DNA of 51,794 nucleotides from Actinomycetota bacterium (GTDB lineage Bacteria; Actinomycetota; CADDZG01; JAHWKV01; JAOPZY01): NCBI GenBank assembly GCA_050693695.1, contig JBOGWM010000282.1, positions 1 to 51,794 of the forward strand, read 5' to 3'. Shown piece by piece: positions 51,680 to 51,794 of this stretch (position 1 is its first letter; each line of letters starts with the position of its first letter). The notes under the pieces were generated by a model. It saw only the letters and a program-made list of their open reading frames with translations, ran no database searches and was not told where the DNA came from. The position numbers and the translations under genes were made by a program.

Positions 51680-51794
51680 CTACGCGCGCCTGCGGGGAGG
51701 CTCCTCCGAGCCGTCCTTCGCGGGATGCTCGACGAGGGCCACGAGGCGGGAAGCCATGAATCGGCCGGAGCGCACGGGCTGCCCCGTGCGGGTC
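51680..51794 (-). CDS. 3' end of an unidentified gene (5' part outside the window)
   Basis: The frame read from nt 51793 gives TRTGQPVRSGRFMASRLVALVEHPAKDGSEEPPRRRA, then TAG at 51680-51682. About 33 of 37 codons end in G or C. It is absent from the ORF track because its start is off-window. Confidence 0.35.
   Translation of the reverse strand, partial: TRTGQPVRSGRFMASRLVALVEHPAKDGSEEPPRRRA

Overview
High-GC, gene-dense chromosomal segment. The dksA-like/lspA/rluD/dnaE arrangement and the adnAB helicase-nuclease pair suggest an actinobacterial-type genome. About 55 protein-coding genes can be supported. I found no rRNA, tRNA, CRISPR array, transposase or integrase.

Housekeeping content:
- thiG (truncated by the window edge), a TetR/DUF72 divergent pair, a PPOX-family protein, ltaE, DUF5996 and a class I aminotransferase.
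- A copZ-copA copper module behind a perfect CsoR-type palindrome.
- A ROK glucokinase.
- A roughly 17-gene co-directional minus-strand array running from a zinc-ribbon gene through rmuC, a NYN/coiled-coil protein, adnA, adnB, RHH-PIN, nfo, vapBC, ispG, ispH, yjbQ, a trans-prenyl synthase, a cis-prenyl transferase and a metallophosphoesterase to an SRPBCC protein.
- An XRE-TPR regulator overlapping a SLOG/LOG-like gene, and a HAD hydrolase.
- A small lower-GC islet with an in-frame BrnT-BrnA fusion and a lamin-tail-domain protein.
- dnaE, rluD, lspA and a DksA/TraR zinc-finger gene.

The stand-out region is 13.0-22.2 kb. A LuxR-type regulator faces a 479-nt AT-rich spacer, followed by a seven-gene plus-strand operon that I cannot assign to any named system. 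It encodes:
- two paralogous modular proteins, in which anionic (E-x)n blocks ending in EEFF alternate with cationic amphipathic plus GxxxG glycine-zipper segments, followed by a shared Arg/Thr/Pro-rich basic tail;
- an HExxH...ExxxD metallopeptidase-like protein;
- two orphan proteins of 181 and 375 aa;
- a 605-aa protein ending in two IPT/TIG domains;
- a protein with two peptidoglycan-binding repeats and a His-rich C-terminal domain.

None of the seven has a recognisable signal peptide. All functional readings of this operon are inference.
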